Shown: piece after piece, positions 1 through 11,843 of the stretch | Layout: every line of letters starts with the position of its first letter | How positions within the stretch are numbered: position 1 is the first letter of the stretch | Source of the DNA: Octopus bimaculoides | Taxonomy: Eukaryota | NCBI RefSeq assembly: GCF_001194135.2 | Contig: NC_068984.1 | Location: forward strand, 118,109,053 to 118,173,052 | Length of the DNA: 64,000 bases | Reading direction: 5' to 3' | The notes under the pieces: generated by a model | The model's database searches: none | The model's input: the letters and a program-made list of their open reading frames with translations, nothing else | Told to the model about the DNA's origin: nothing | Made by a program: the position numbers and the translations under genes

Positions 1-18
1 TAGCAAAATTGTTCAAAC

Positions 19-163
19 CAGGTATGGGAAACCTTTTACGAGAAGTGGGCCGCATAAGACATAATTCATCATCTGACAGGCTGCACTTCTAAATACGTCA
101 AAGTAATTTTCTCTTTGGCGTGCTATTCAGAGAGTCGTGCGGGCCGCAGCTTGTCCATGACAA
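19..163 (-). mobile_element. Short non-autonomous hAT/Charlie-like DNA element (degenerate)
   Basis: The minus strand reads TGTCATGGACAAGCTGCGGCCCGC ... TGCGGCCCAC ... AAAAGGTTTCCCATACCTG, resembling the termini and GCGGCCC subterminal motifs of hAT-Charlie MITEs. No 8-bp TSD is visible. Confidence 0.4.
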
Positions 164-485
164 AACTGGGCGTGGTGAGCAGGAAGTTAAAACACAAAGC
201 AATGGGAATGCTTCTAACGTAGATTTAGTCTTTGGTACGTTTTCAGTGAAAGGGAGAGAAAGAAAGAAAGACAGAGAGACAGACAGACAGAGACTGAAAT
301 ACTGATTGATACTAGCCTTGTTTACAGCTAACCCATTTCCCTTGACAAATATACACCCTGACTGACCGACCAATAACCGACCGATAACCAAACAGCAGAC
401 GCTTCTTGGTGCCTTTATGTTAGCAAGCTTAAGGGTAGTGATGCACGAGTGCGTTTACATTTCCTTGTATGTGTGTGCGTGTGTT

Positions 486-489
<4 letters not shown>

Positions 490-577
<88 letters not shown>

Positions 578-590
578 TGTCTGTCTGTCT
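490..590. repeat. (GT)n / (GTCT)n microsatellite
   Basis: Directly visible; it generates the VCVC/THTH ORFs. Confidence 0.98.
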
Positions 591-914
591 GCGAGTGTAC
601 GTGTGCTTGTGATAAGCCGGTTGCTATGGTTGCACAGCCCTATTTCTAGTAGACACGCACACACGTGTATAAGTATGAAGGGTTTTACGTATATGATAAG
701 CAAGCTAAGTTTGCTAGCACGCGTTTCCGTTTTAAGTTAGCTTGTTGCGTGCGTGTTATGCGTGCGTGGTGCGTGGATGCATGCGTACGCGAGCCTGTCT
801 GCGAGCGTATGCGTGTGTGCAAGTTTTTTGAATGTTTGTATGTATGTATGTATGTATGTCGGTGTGTGTGTACGTACGTATGCATGTATTAATGTATGTA
901 CGTATGCATGCATG

Positions 915-1330
915 TATGTATGTCATTATTCAGTTTTATTTCAAATTCCCTTGCCCATTGGCAAGAGAAAACGTCGGCTTCCAAACTACATCTAAGACCT
1001 CATCACTGGAATTTCAACATCAACAGGGTATTTTTGCATATATATGTGCATATATGCAGTATTTGAAGTCAATGCATGTGCAAATTTGTATGTCTTGTTT
1101 TATGTATGCATTCTCATGCATACAGTTGCATGTCCAGACATGTATGTATGTTATCAATCAGTTTCATTTCTGTATTTCTTGTCCATAGAGAAAGAGCCGG
1201 ACTCTAACATAGATTCAAGGCTCCTTCATTGGAACTTTTATCAACATCATCTAGGTATTTGTGCATGTGTGTGTGTGCAGTATTTGGTGTTAGTGTATGC
1301 GCAATATTTTCATGTCTAGATGCATGCATA
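915..1330. repeat. Diverged tandem duplication, period about 225 bp
   Basis: tatgtatgtcattattcagtt...ctggaatttcaacatcaacagggtattt (about 915-1030) recurs as tatgtatgttatcaatcagtt...ttggaactttatcaacatcatctaggtattt (about 1143-1260). Confidence 0.5.
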
Positions 1331-1467
1331 TGTATTTATGTGCTAAATTTTTGGAAAGTTTTACATATCTTTACAGTTCCATTGATGGCTTGAATCTGTA
1401 GTCTCCTAATCAGCTTCTGTATGTATGTATGTATTTACATAAGCTTGTTGGTAGGGTAGGAAACCAA

Positions 1468-1692
1468 GTTGGCAGCGTCATTGATCTAATTAGATCGAAA
1501 GAGGACACAAATGACTGGGTGGTTAATAGTTCTTGACCCTAGATGAAACGCGTGCCGATTAGGAAAACCTGATCGGCACTGCGTTCCATTTAGAGTCAAG
1601 AGTCGGATCTCCCAACGGCCCAGCCCCACTGAACTAGGGGATAAATAGGTGGAAACAATGAGAGCATAGTGAATTTAGTTGACGGTGCCAAC
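1468..1692. other. Closed multi-stem structured segment (structured ncRNA or MITE-like element)
   Basis: GTTGGCAGCGTCA (1468-1480) pairs with TGACGGTGCCAAC (1680-1692) at 12/13. An internal hairpin of about 33 bp spans 1531-1601, and a GATCTAATTAGATC palindrome lies at 1483-1496. Confidence 0.55.
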
Positions 1693-1898
1693 ACGAGCCA
1701 CTACTACCATCACCACTAACACCACCATCACCACATCAATGCAAACTGGAAAATCTGTATGTTACCTCATGTGATACGATAGAGATGAAATTAAAAATAT
1801 ATAATAATTTAATGTTCCATTTTGCATAGCGTGTTAAAAAAATTGTGTATTATTTCAAAGTTTGAAAATTTAGAGAAAAATATACATAAAAACATTAA

Positions 1899-2336
1899 AC
1901 AGCCATATTGATGTGGTGATTAAATTTACTTGTTAGAGTAGTTACAACTTTTATCTCTTATTGAAACATTACAACTAGCTACTTTGCTTGTTGCAAATCA
2001 GTAACCGATAGTCGCTTTGTATTCTAACTATTGCTTACTGGAGAGGACTCGGGTCATGTCTCCAGCGACCGGGTGTTCGCCACTGAGGATGAGCAAACTA
2101 GCTCGAAACCGAGTCGGTCTCGTTATCCCGTTGTCTGTTGGAAGGTGGTAAGGGTTCGCTCTTCTGCTTGCAATATATATATACAGGGTGCAGGCTGCAC
2201 CTATAGCCATCTGGCGGAAGATCTGTCTGGGCTTAAAATAGTAGTAAGGTTGACAGCCATATTGATGTGGCGATTAAATTTACTAATTAGTATAGTTACT
2301 ACGCTAATTGAAATTTTACAACTAACTAATTTGCTA
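1899..2336 (+). mobile_element. 354-bp unit plus partial second unit carrying a hammerhead-like motif (Penelope pLTR or retrozyme-like)
   Basis: A direct repeat of about 85 bp starting acagccatattgatgtgg(t/c)gattaaatttact lies at 1899 and 2253, flanking a GC-richer core with CTGAGGA...GAAAC. Confidence 0.45.
2070..2130 (+). ncRNA. Type I hammerhead ribozyme-like motif, helix I degenerate
   Basis: CTGAGGA (2083-2089), extra T, helix II GAGC/GCTC, GAAAC, near-palindromic helix III ACCGA-G-TCGGT, GTC triplet at 2117-2119. Helix I is only partly paired. Confidence 0.45.
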
Positions 2337-2409
2337 ATATTTATTGTATATCTTGTCTTCTTAATCGTATGAGGGTGTTGCAATTATGAAAGTGAATTTT
2401 ATTGATTAT

Positions 2410-2690
2410 ACATGTGTAACAACAATGAATAAAATGAGTTATCAATCATACTTGCGTGTAACAATTGTGCATCACATGTTATATCAATCATACGTAAGAA
2501 TGACAATTATGAATAACATGAGCTTCAGTCATACTAGTGATTAACGATTATGAATAACGTGATTTATCAATAATATTTGTGAATAGCGATTATATATAAC
2601 GTTTTTTTTGTTTTCATGAATCATATTTGGGTATAATGACTATGAATAATGTACTGTATCAATCATACTGGTAAATAACAAGTGAATCAC
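2410..2690. repeat. Degenerate minisatellite, unit about 43 bp
   Basis: Recurring tatcaatcatac ... (g/t)aacaat(t)atgaataa motifs at roughly regular spacing. Confidence 0.55.
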
Positions 2691-3631
2691 CGGTTCTTGT
2701 CTTATTTGTAAAAACCAGTTATAAACGCCTCACTGNNNNNNNNNNNNNNNNNNNNNNNNNNNNNNNNNNNNNNNNNNNNNNNNNNNNNNNNNNNNNNNNN
2801 NNNNNNNNNNNNNNNNNNNNNNNNNNNNNNNNNNNNNNNNNNNNNNNNNNNNNNNNNNNNNNNNNNNNNNNNNNNNNNNNNNNNNNNNNNNNNNNNNNNN
2901 NNNNNNNNNNNNNNNNNNNNNNNNNNNNNNNNNNNNNNNNNNNNNNNNNNNNNNNNNNNNNNNNNNNNNNNNNNNNNNNNNNNNNNNNNNNNNNNNNNNN
3001 NNNNNNNNNNNNNNNNNNNNNNNNNNNNNNNNNNNNNNNNNNNNNNNNNNNNNNNNNNNNNNNNNNNNNNNNNNNNNNNNNNNNNNNNNNNNNNNNNNNN
3101 NNNNNNNNNNNNNNNNNNNNNNNNNNNNNNNNNNNNNNNNNNNNNNNNNNNNNNNNNNNNNNNNNNNNNNNNNNNNNNNNNNNNNNNNNNNNNNNNNNNN
3201 NNNNNNNNNNNNNNNNNNNNNNNNNNNNNNNNNNNNNNNNNNNNNNNNNNNNNNNNNNNNNNNNNNNNNNNNNNNNNNNNNNNNNNNNNNNNNNNNNNNN
3301 NNNNNNNNNNNNNNNNNNNNNNNNNNNNNNNNNNNNNNNNNNNNNNNNNNNNNNNNNNNNNNNNNNNNNNNNNNNNNNNNNNNNNNNNNNNNNNNNNNNN
3401 NNNNNNNNNNNNNNNNNNNNNNNNNNNNNNNNNNNNNNNNNNNNNNNNNNNNNNNNNNNNNNNNNNNNNNNNNNNNNNNNNNNNNNNNNNNNNNNNNNNN
3501 NNNNNNNNNNNNNNNNNNNNNNNNNNNNNNNNNNNNNNNNNNNNNNNNNNNNNNNNNNNNNNNNNNNNNNNNNNNNNNNNNNNNNNNNNNNNNNNNNNNN
3601 NNNNNNNNNNNNNNNNNNNNNNNNNNNNNNN

Positions 3632-3686
<55 letters not shown>

Positions 3687-4384
3687 ACATATATATTTAT
3701 CTTATATATATTCATAAATGTATATATATGTGTATATGTGAGTGTGTATGTATGCATATATGTATGTAGTATATACATACATTAAGTGTATATCTGTATA
3801 CGTGCATCCGTTGTAAAACGGTGAGGCGAGTAGTACCAAAAGAGGACTTGGCCATTCGAAAAGTAGAGTCTAACAAAATAATTGCAGAGTTCGATATGTT
3901 TGGCCAAAAGCCTTGGAGGCAATGTGCATTGACTGAAAATAGCAAACGATTAATGGAACATAGGGCATGTTTATTGATGTACTATATTAAAGAAGTATGT
4001 GTGCGTGTGTGTGTTTGTATACTTATGTATATATATATATGTATACATACATATATACGTGTATATGTATATATGGGTGATGTATCTTTATTGCTTATCG
4101 TTACTGTTTTTATATGGCGTATAACTCAGCCGACATAAGACATGAATAGAAGTGGATTGCGTATTTAATATCCTGATAAATTGCTCTTAGTAGTCATCAT
4201 ATAGAAATAATGTACTTGCTAGCTGCTATAGTTTAATGTTGTTATCACAGTAGATAGTTAAACTATCAATCAAGCAAATAAACGTGAGAATGAAAAGTTG
4301 GCCTATTTTGTGAGATTGTTGGAGGCTTGTGGTGCACATAACCTCCACGCAAATTGTAAGCCGTAAAAAGTTACATTCATGTAG

Positions 4385-4417
<33 letters not shown>

Positions 4418-4420
<3 letters not shown>

Positions 4421-4500
4421 GAGAATTTACGAAAAAAACAACAACAGACGAGGACAGGTGGTGTAAACAACAAAAGGATGTATTAGTTTGACGCTCGGGA
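4418..4500. mobile_element. Fragment of a dispersed repeat embedded in (TA)n, truncated by a gap
   Basis: Shares the exact 19-mer ATGTATTAGTTTGACGCTC (4478-4496) with 54933-54951, which lies just upstream of a hammerhead-like motif. Confidence 0.45.
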
Positions 4501-5107
4501 ATATATANNNNNNNNNNNNNNNNNNNNNNNNNNNNNNNNNNNNNNNNNNNNNNNNNNNNNNNNNNNNNNNNNNNNNNNNNNNNNNNNNNNNNNNNNNNNN
4601 NNNNNNNNNNNNNNNNNNNNNNNNNNNNNNNNNNNNNNNNNNNNNNNNNNNNNNNNNNNNNNNNNNNNNNNNNNNNNNNNNNNNNNNNNNNNNNNNNNNN
4701 NNNNNNNNNNNNNNNNNNNNNNNNNNNNNNNNNNNNNNNNNNNNNNNNNNNNNNNNNNNNNNNNNNNNNNNNNNNNNNNNNNNNNNNNNNNNNNNNNNNN
4801 NNNNNNNNNNNNNNNNNNNNNNNNNNNNNNNNNNNNNNNNNNNNNNNNNNNNNNNNNNNNNNNNNNNNNNNNNNNNNNNNNNNNNNNNNNNNNNNNNNNN
4901 NNNNNNNNNNNNNNNNNNNNNNNNNNNNNNNNNNNNNNNNNNNNNNNNNNNNNNNNNNNNNNNNNNNNNNNNNNNNNNNNNNNNNNNNNNNNNNNNNNNN
5001 NNNNNNNNNNNNNNNNNNNNNNNNNNNNNNNNNNNNNNNNNNNNNNNNNNNNNNNNNNNNNNNNNNNNNNNNNNNNNNNNNNNNNNNNNNNNNNNNNNNN
5101 NNNNNNN

Positions 5108-5528
5108 NTTTTAGTCGAAAGAAACGACCTCAGAACTATTTCTTTGCTCTTTTTTTTTTCTTTTTTTTTTCAAGCCTGGTAGTTATTCTATAGGACACTT
5201 TTGCTGAACAGCTAAGTTACTGGGATGTAAACACACCAACACCGGTTGTCAAGCGGTCGTGACGAACAAATACAGGCACAGAGACATATATACGCGATAT
5301 TCATTTATTCTTTTATTTGTTTCAGTCATTTGACTGCGGCCATGCTGGAACATCGCCTTTAGTCCAACAAATCGACCCCAGAACTTATTCATTGTAAGCC
5401 CAGTACTTATTCTATCGGTCTATTTTTGCCGAACCGCTAAGTTACGGGAAGGTAAACGCACCAACATCAGTTGTCAAGTGATAGTAGAGCGACAAACACA
5501 AACACAAATAACAAATACATGCATACAT

Positions 5529-5609
<81 letters not shown>

Positions 5610-5965
5610 TAGATAGATATAGATATAGATATATATCACGAGCTTCTTTCAGTTTCCGTCTACCAAATTCACTCAGAAAGCTTTGGTCGGTGCGAGGCTA
5701 TAGTAGAAGACACTTGCCCAAGATGCCACGCAGTGGGACTGAACCCGGAACTATGTGATTAGGAAGCAAGCTTCTTACCACGCAGCCACTCCTGCACCTT
5801 ATATATCTATAAGGTGGGCTTCTTTCAGTTTCCATCAACCAGCATCGTTTAGACTTGGTCAGCCTGGGATTATAGTAGAAGAGACTTACCCAAGGTGCTA
5901 TGCAGTGGGATTGAACCCTGGACTACGTGGCTAGGAAGCAAGCTTCATACCACACAACCGTACCT
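5108..5965 (-). mobile_element. Cluster of tRNA-derived SINE family A: 3' fragment 5108-5280, full copy about 5304-5799 with internal (AGAC)n, 5' fragment 5815-5965
   Basis: The minus-strand head has A-box (TGGCTGCGTGG) and B-box (GGTTCAGTCCC) motifs; body and tail are shared with the copies at 16681, 17265, 30420 and 51838. Confidence 0.9.
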
Positions 5966-6007
5966 GAGTCTATTTATTATGTTATATGTGCGGGTGTAGA
6001 AAGAGAT

Positions 6008-6009
<2 letters not shown>

Positions 6010-6056
<47 letters not shown>

Positions 6057-6097
6057 GAGAGAGAAACAGAGAGAGAAACAGAGAGAGAGGGAGAGAG
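6010..6097. repeat. (GA)n / (GAGAGAAACA)n microsatellite
   Basis: Directly visible. Confidence 0.95.
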
Positions 6098-6544
6098 TGC
6101 TTGTAATGGAAACAATGTAGAGAAAGCATGTGTATACATGCGTGCATGTGTGAATGTATACGTGTATGTGAACGTGCGTGTATGCGTGTGTGAAGATGTG
6201 TGTGAGTGCGTGCGTGCTTACGTGTGTGAGCGCGCTTACTTTGTATTATAGAAAGTGAGAAAAAGAAGGTGAGATGATGCATAGAAGAATGAAGAAGCGA
6301 AAGAATGCAATGAGAAAGAGTATAGCAAAAAGTAAAAGAATCGAAGAAAAAAGTGAATATAATCGAACATGCACTGGCACGCACACACACACACACACAC
6401 ACAGATGCACGCACACAGAATGGGGGGATATACAGTGATGAGGGATTGATTAAATGAAGAGCAATTGAGCGTTAATAATCGGTAATTTAGGCACAAGGCC
6501 AATAATTTTGATGGAAGATTGATTCAACCGACTTCAATATCTGA

Positions 6545-6690
6545 CTGGTATTATATTTTATTGACTCCCGAGTGATAAAAGACAAAGTTGACTTCGGTGG
6601 GGTTTCATGTCAGAACGTAAAGAACCGGAATAAATGCAGTAAGTTATTTTATCCGATGCTCCAATGATTCAGGCGATTCGCCGTCCTTGA
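6545..6690 (-). mobile_element. SINE family B fragment
   Basis: Similar to the reverse complement of the GAGTTCAAATTCCGCCGAGGTCGACTTTGCCTTTCATCC core in the 28761-29420 copies. Confidence 0.65.
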
Positions 6691-7164
6691 AAATATGTAA
6701 TTGCTGTGACCAATCTGAGCAGATAGCCAACAATTGTAAAGGGAGTTCTGTTAGAGGATACGATCCAGTACTTGACTGCTGCATTATTCCACTAACCAAG
6801 GAGAGTTGCACTTGGTAAGATTCGAACTCAAATTGTTGCCGATTTGGGTAAAGGAACAAGCAATTTTGAGGAGAGTAGGTTTAATCTAGTCCAAACCATC
6901 AACCACAGTCCTTGAGCGGTTCTTTATTTTAATGATTCTAGAGTGAAGACAGACCAAGTTGAATTAGGCAGGAAGGCAGACAGACAGACAGACACAGACA
7001 GATAGACACAGACAGACAGACAGATAGACACAGACAGACAGACAGATAGACACAGACAGACAGACAGATAGACACAGACAGACAGACAGATAGACACAGA
7101 CAGACAGACAGATAGATAGATATCGCCTTCAAATTGAATGCAATAACATTTGTCTCTCTTTCAG

Positions 7165-7360
7165 GCACTAGACCAGTAATTTCGAGGGGACGAGCTTAAT
7201 CGACACCGTCGATCCATGTACTTGACTAGTACATTATTGCGTCGACCCTGGAAGGATAAAAAGCAAAGTTGACCGTGGCAGGATTTGAACTCAAAACATA
7301 ATATGCCGGAACGAATACCGCAGAAAATTTCCTCCGATGCTATAACGATTCTGCCATTCT
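7165..7360 (-). mobile_element. SINE family B copy
   Basis: aagcaaagttgaccgtggcaggatttgaactcaaaac ... taacgattctgcca matches family B in reverse. Confidence 0.8.
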
Positions 7361-8342
7361 TCTCCCGTTGGGCTGAATGAAATAATACTCCTGTAGTTAA
7401 ATAGCAGCTAAACGTAATGACCTTGACTCTTTTTAACCATACCAGTAATATAGGTGGATGATTTTGACATAAATACACGAGAGAATGGGAGAGTGGGAAA
7501 GAGATGTATGCTTTTTTTTTTTATCAAAACACGACTGTGTTATAGTTCTCTCTTTTTCATCGAGATTTTTTACATATTTCCAGTGGAGTTACGTGCAGTT
7601 TATAGTAAAGTACCTATATCCACCATCATCAACGTTTCACAGTCACGTCTTCAGAACGAAGTATAGTTAGCGTGTATTGCAGCCTGTCTGTAGCAGGTAG
7701 AGTCAGTGTGGTTTAATGCAAACATTTTCGCCGGAGCTTAAATTTTAAGCGTTGGATTCATATATCATCATTCACATGTTTATTTTCGTTTGTGGTCCGT
7801 ATGTACGCGGCTTTTGCGTTTATTTCCTAACCATGCCGTGTTATATACGTCCATGCATGCATGCATACATACACACATAAATACGTAGGTATACGCACAC
7901 ATATACATACACACAATCAGTACGCAGACATGTACATACATAATTTCGTCAAGCAGTGGATCGACAATTGCTGGCACCAACATGTGCCCCCCCCCCCGCA
8001 TACACACGCGCATACACACAGCATTCACTGTCGAATGAGAGTGTTCGCACATTCATAACCACATACATGCATACATAGCAACATACGTACATATATACGT
8101 ACATATTCACATATGTACATACATATTCACATATGTACATACATATTCATGCATGCACACACACACACACAATGTATATATATACACCCATAGATAAATA
8201 CATACATATACATATATATACACACATATACGCGCATATGTTGCTGTTGTAGTTGTCAGCTTGATGGAAGTATACATACACATATATACACACACATTTA
8301 CAAACTCACACTCGCACACACACATGCACACATGCTCACGAC

Positions 8343-8352
8343 TAGATGGATG

Positions 8353-8417
<65 letters not shown>

Positions 8418-8462
8418 AGCTATATAGATAGAAAGATAGATAGATACATAGATAGATAGACA
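8343..8462. repeat. (GATA)n microsatellite
   Basis: Directly visible. Confidence 0.97.
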
Positions 8463-8943
8463 ATGTGTTCATGTGTGCGTGCACGTATGTGCGTGCACGT
8501 ATGTGCGTGCACGTATGTGCGTGAGTGCGTGTGCGTGTATATGTATGTGCAAGAGGAGAAGAAAAGAGAGAGAGAGATTGAGTTATTTGAGAAATGGAGA
8601 AGTACAACGTGTAAGGATAGCGTGGTGGTGGTGGGGTGGTGGTGTCAGAAGAAGGAAAACGAGTGTGTGGGAGTGGCAGAGTAAAGAGACAAGAACTTGT
8701 AATGGGAACATTGCCAGCTGACAGACGCCTGATGCTACACGTGCCAGCTTGGAGGCAAGGTGAGAGAGTGTGTGTGTGTGTATGTGTGGACGGTGAGTGT
8801 GAATATATATACAGGCAGTGAGAGAGAGTAGGAGAGAACGATTAGGACAGACATATAGAGGGATACAACGAGGGTGAAAGAGAAAGAGAGAGAGAGGGGT
8901 GAAAGTAAAGGGTAGAGTAAGAGAAGATAGGGATAGAGGGGAA

Positions 8944-8992
8944 ATGGCGTCTTTGCTGAAGAGAAGGGGAGTGCGCGTTGCAATTGAAACTG
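8944..8992 (+). CDS. Candidate first coding exon (MASLLKRRGVRVAIET + phase-1 intron), unverified
   Basis: AAATGGCG start context and a G|GTAAGC donor at 8993, in a locally CpG-rich region. No downstream exon or homolog was recognised. Confidence 0.2.
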
Positions 8993-9149
8993 GTAAGCGG
9001 TGCGGTGAGACATAAGTGAGACACGGACGGAGGCGCGTGCGTGTATCCGGGCGCGTGCGTGTATCCGGGCGCGTGTGCTTAAGCGTGCGCACACGCACGA
9101 TCGGTGTCCATACTGTTCTGCGTGAAATAGACGTGTGTACGTGTGTGTT

Positions 9150-9180
<31 letters not shown>

Positions 9181-9217
9181 CTGTGAGCGTGTGCGTGTGT
9201 GCTTGCATGTGTTGTGC

Positions 9218-9257
<40 letters not shown>

Positions 9258-9422
9258 CTGTGAGCGTGTGTCTGTGTGCTTGCATGTGTTGTGCGTATGT
9301 GTGTGTGTGTATGTGTGTGTGTATTTGCGTTTTTATATCTAGTTGTACGCTTCCGTTCGAATGTTTGTATACTCGAGAATGCTTGCATACAACGTACACA
9401 TTCTCTTACACACATACACACA

Positions 9423-9471
<49 letters not shown>

Positions 9472-9605
9472 ACACACACGAACACACACACATACATATA
9501 TATTTGTATACTTGTATACATATACATACAAAGATATATATATATATATATATTTATTTATAGACACACACGCATACCTATGCAATCTACATACCATGCG
9601 TGAAC

Positions 9606-9927
9606 GCGCGTGACTGAGTGGTTAGGGTATTTGGCCCAAGAGCGCAAGGTCGTGATTTCGAATCCCATCGGCACATTGTATCCTTAAACAAGATACTATT
9701 TAGTGTTCCTTCAATCCACTCAGCTGACAGGAATGAGTTGTACTTTTATTTCAAAAAGGTCAGCCTTGTCTCATTCTGTGTCACGGTGAATCTCCATGAG
9801 AACTACTTTAAGGGTGTGCATGTCTGTGGAGTACTCGGCCATTACTTGCACATTAATTTCATGAGCAGGCTGTTTTGTTGACCGAAACAACTGGAACGTC
9901 GCTGTAACCGACGGAATGCCAGTTTTT
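9606..9927 (+). mobile_element. tRNA-derived SINE, family C-related
   Basis: Head GCGCGTGACTGAGTGGTTAGGG...GATTTCGAATCCC; the 3' part ggtcagccttgtc...gcaggctgtt...caactggaac is shared with the 25835 copy. Confidence 0.8.
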
Positions 9928-10347
9928 AATACTGTGTGTGTATGTGTGTGTGTGTGTGTGTAAAAGTCCTTAGTTTCGTGTAGTGAAATCGAAACAGAGA
10001 CCCCCCGTCATCTCAAAGACGTGTGCGCGCGCGTGTGATGCACGTATCTAGATGTGTGTGCGCGAAGGTTGGAAGAAGACATAGCATGGATGGTTAAGAA
10101 TTTCTCTTTGATATGTTAAGGTCGCTGTTTCGATATCAGTGCATGACATAAGTGAGTCATAGCTAGTGACTTTTACCATAGCATCAGGCTGCACCAAGTA
10201 TTGTCACTGAACAACATAAAGGTATTCCAAATGGCATATAAACGACATACAGGTATACCAAATGATATATAACATAAATTCTTGATTTTATTATAACTAT
10301 CTCCATCTCTAGAGGCTGTATCATAATTACCAGATAACAGTTAAGAT

Positions 10348-10804
10348 TGATTACAGGTAAGTTCGCCGCCATCAATTCATTGCAGGAGAATTCACCGCCA
10401 TCAATTCACCGTGAAGAAAGTTCACTGAGAAGAAAGTTCGCTGCAAGGAAGGTTTACTGAGAAAATATATCTATAGTATATCGGCATTAATAGTTAAAAT
10501 CTATTTTATTGAAAATTTTTTTTTTAAATTACGGAGATGTACTTGCATAGCAAGTGACCTGATCTGAGAACGTGTGCTGGAACGAAAACAATTTCAGCGT
10601 GGAAGGTGTTTATAAGCCATTTAGAATAACACGCAAAAACCGTTAGATACACTTCAACGGTTTTTGTGTGTTATTTTAAATGGCCTATAAACACCTTCCA
10701 CGCTGCAATTAATTAAAACAAAAAAAATAAATAAATAAAACGGTGAACTGATGACGGTGAACCTTCCCTGCGGTGAATTGCTGACGGTGAACTAACCGGA
10801 CATG
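10348..10804. mobile_element. Non-autonomous DNA transposon (hAT-like by TSD length) with an internal 50-bp hairpin
   Basis: Imperfect inverted repeats of about 57 bp (10356-10412 vs 10740-10797) built of ttcaccg subrepeats. The 8-bp direct repeat GTTAAGAT lies at 10340-10347 and 10805-10812. Confidence 0.6.
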
Positions 10805-11843
10805 GTTAAGATCAGCTCCACTTGAGAAGGAAAGATAAGAACAAACAATTCTCTGAAATTAACTTGCCGTGATGGAAACGTCAGGCCTTATTGTCTGAAG
10901 ATATGAGATCATTCGCAGAGACGTGTTTCTGGCTCAATTGCACGACCTTAGCCAAATACTTAAGCTTATAGAAGAAAGGAGTGGAAAACGTTTAATGTTC
11001 AGGTAATTTGTAATGATGTAAGCAAAAATGAGTAAAGAGAACAAACTCAAAGTGACGAGTGGCATTTTTTGAATAACAGACAAGGTATGTGAAACACCAT
11101 ACAAAACAAAAAAGTTCGTTAGGGCGCAGGAGTGGATATATGGTAAGAAGCTAGCTTCCGGTGAACAGAGGTGGATGTGGGCCAGCTGTTCTCCGTCCAA
11201 TTAATGAAAACAAAGAACATTTGAAGAACTCGCCAAGGGAAGTCGGTTTTGTTTCTCAGCTGAGCAATAATTTCTTGTGTATTTTTTTCAGCAGGTTTTT
11301 GTTCAGAATTGTGACATTTTCGCTTGCCTTTGGTGGGTTTTTTGTGTTTGTTCGTTTACGAACAAAATTGTATGTTCATTCTTTGTGGTAGGCGGGTTCG
11401 CTCCTGCCATAGAGTGAAAATTTTTGCTTGGCTTTTTAGCCAGGAAAACAAAAAAAAAAAGACTTTGTGTTCACATTTGTGAACGAATTGTGAAGTGAAA
11501 ATATTTGTTGGCTTTTTATCTAAAGGTAATATCTAAAGGTAAGATTATTTCAATTCGCGCCTTCATTGTTGTACAATTATTGAAGTTGGTTACAAATAGC
11601 CAGTTCGTTGCAGACGACGAATCTCCCAGGTTCGTGTAATAAATACAACGAATGCCAAGTCCAAACATTGACAGGTTAAAAGCACGGAAAACGTCAGTGG
11701 GAGGGAAATAGGTGTGTAATTCAACAGAATGAGCTCCACCAAAGACACTTGATAAGAAGGTGTTAAACATTTACACGGAGCGTAAATGACTGAAACAAGG
11801 AAGAGATAAAACATATATGCACACGCGCGTGCACACACACATA

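Noticed and set aside
1727-1921. 14-bp inverted match ATCACCACATCAAT / ATTGATGTGGTGAT, suggesting a Penelope-style inverted pLTR end
   Set aside because: Short and partly within a low-complexity (CAC)n tract, so it may be chance.
10850-10925. GAAACGTC and CTGAAGA boxes
   Set aside because: Core partners are mutated (CTGAAAT; GCAGAGAC) and helix II does not pair.
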